Shown: piece by piece, positions 63,814 through 64,000 of the stretch
Numbering within the stretch: the first letter of the stretch is position 1
Layout of the letters: each line of letters begins with the position of its first letter
Virus record (IMG/VR): IMGVR_UViG_3300027749_000055
Location: 32,001 to 96,000 of that record
DNA length: 64,000 bases
Reading direction: 5' to 3' (one strand)
From: a virus
Notes under the pieces: model-generated
What the model was told of the DNA's origin: nothing
Databases searched by the model: none
What the model saw: the letters and a program-made list of their open reading frames with translations, nothing else
Made by a program: the position numbers and the translations under genes

Positions 63814-63847
63814 CCTCACTCGTCAGGCTTAGGTTTGACGAGTGAGG
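63814..63847. other. Intergenic hairpin
   Basis: cctcactcgtca...tgacgagtgagg inverted repeat between the amidoligase and the amidotransferase. Confidence 0.55.
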
Positions 63848-63894
63848 GGTTTATCAAGTATCATTTATTAAGCACAGTTCATAAGGAGGACATT

Positions 63895-64000
63895 ATGTGT
63901 GGTATTGCAGGATTTTGTCTCAGTGCAGACGAACACATCAACGCTCGCAAAGTCAGTATGGCATTGCTAAAGCAAATCAAGAGCCGTGGCACGGACGCTA
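63895..64000 (+). CDS. Class II glutamine amidotransferase (partial)
   Basis: AAGGAGG RBS; MCGIAGF...SRGTDA Ntn-hydrolase N-terminus. Confidence 0.85.
   Translation, partial: MCGIAGFCLSADEHINARKVSMALLKQIKSRGTDA

Overview
64-kb internal segment of a large tailed (siphovirus-like) phage genome. The host is very probably an actinobacterium (two WhiB genes, an Rpf-type transglycosylase, actinobacterial-type SSB). Nearly all genes are on the minus strand. From right to left the window holds: early/accessory genes (amidoligase, class II glutamine amidotransferase, gamma-glutamylcyclotransferase, Mom-like DNA modifier, DnaA-C-like HTH, nucleases); lysis genes (GH25 endolysin); SSB and WhiB; a DUF935-type portal and an XkdF-type prohead protease; a ~13-kb cluster of modular proteins; an accessory block (Rpf, glycosyltransferase, LexA-like HTH, Cas4/RecB-like nuclease, a candidate ncRNA); scaffold, cement and major capsid genes; a nucleotide-metabolism block; tail fibre, head-tail and two tail-tube genes; a frameshifted chaperone; the tape measure gene; and a giant (>3100 aa) tail protein that runs off the left edge and is absent from the supplied ORF track. 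The standout feature is the 35.0-47.6 kb cluster directly downstream of the prohead protease. Six genes there are strings of unrelated modules (kinase, two kinds of ADP-ribosyltransferase-like domain, GNAT, small acidic proteins, His/Ala helices) punctuated 14 times by the peptide K-GG[PAE]GSGR. I interpret this as a protease-processed, capsid-packaged effector-cargo polyprotein system. Other notable items: a recurrent TTCCAA-N8-10-(-10) promoter motif before structural genes, a promoter-to-terminator structured ncRNA candidate, a perfect SOS box in the rpf promoter, and apparent avoidance of several 4-bp palindromes. All family assignments come from motif recognition by eye; no database search was run.
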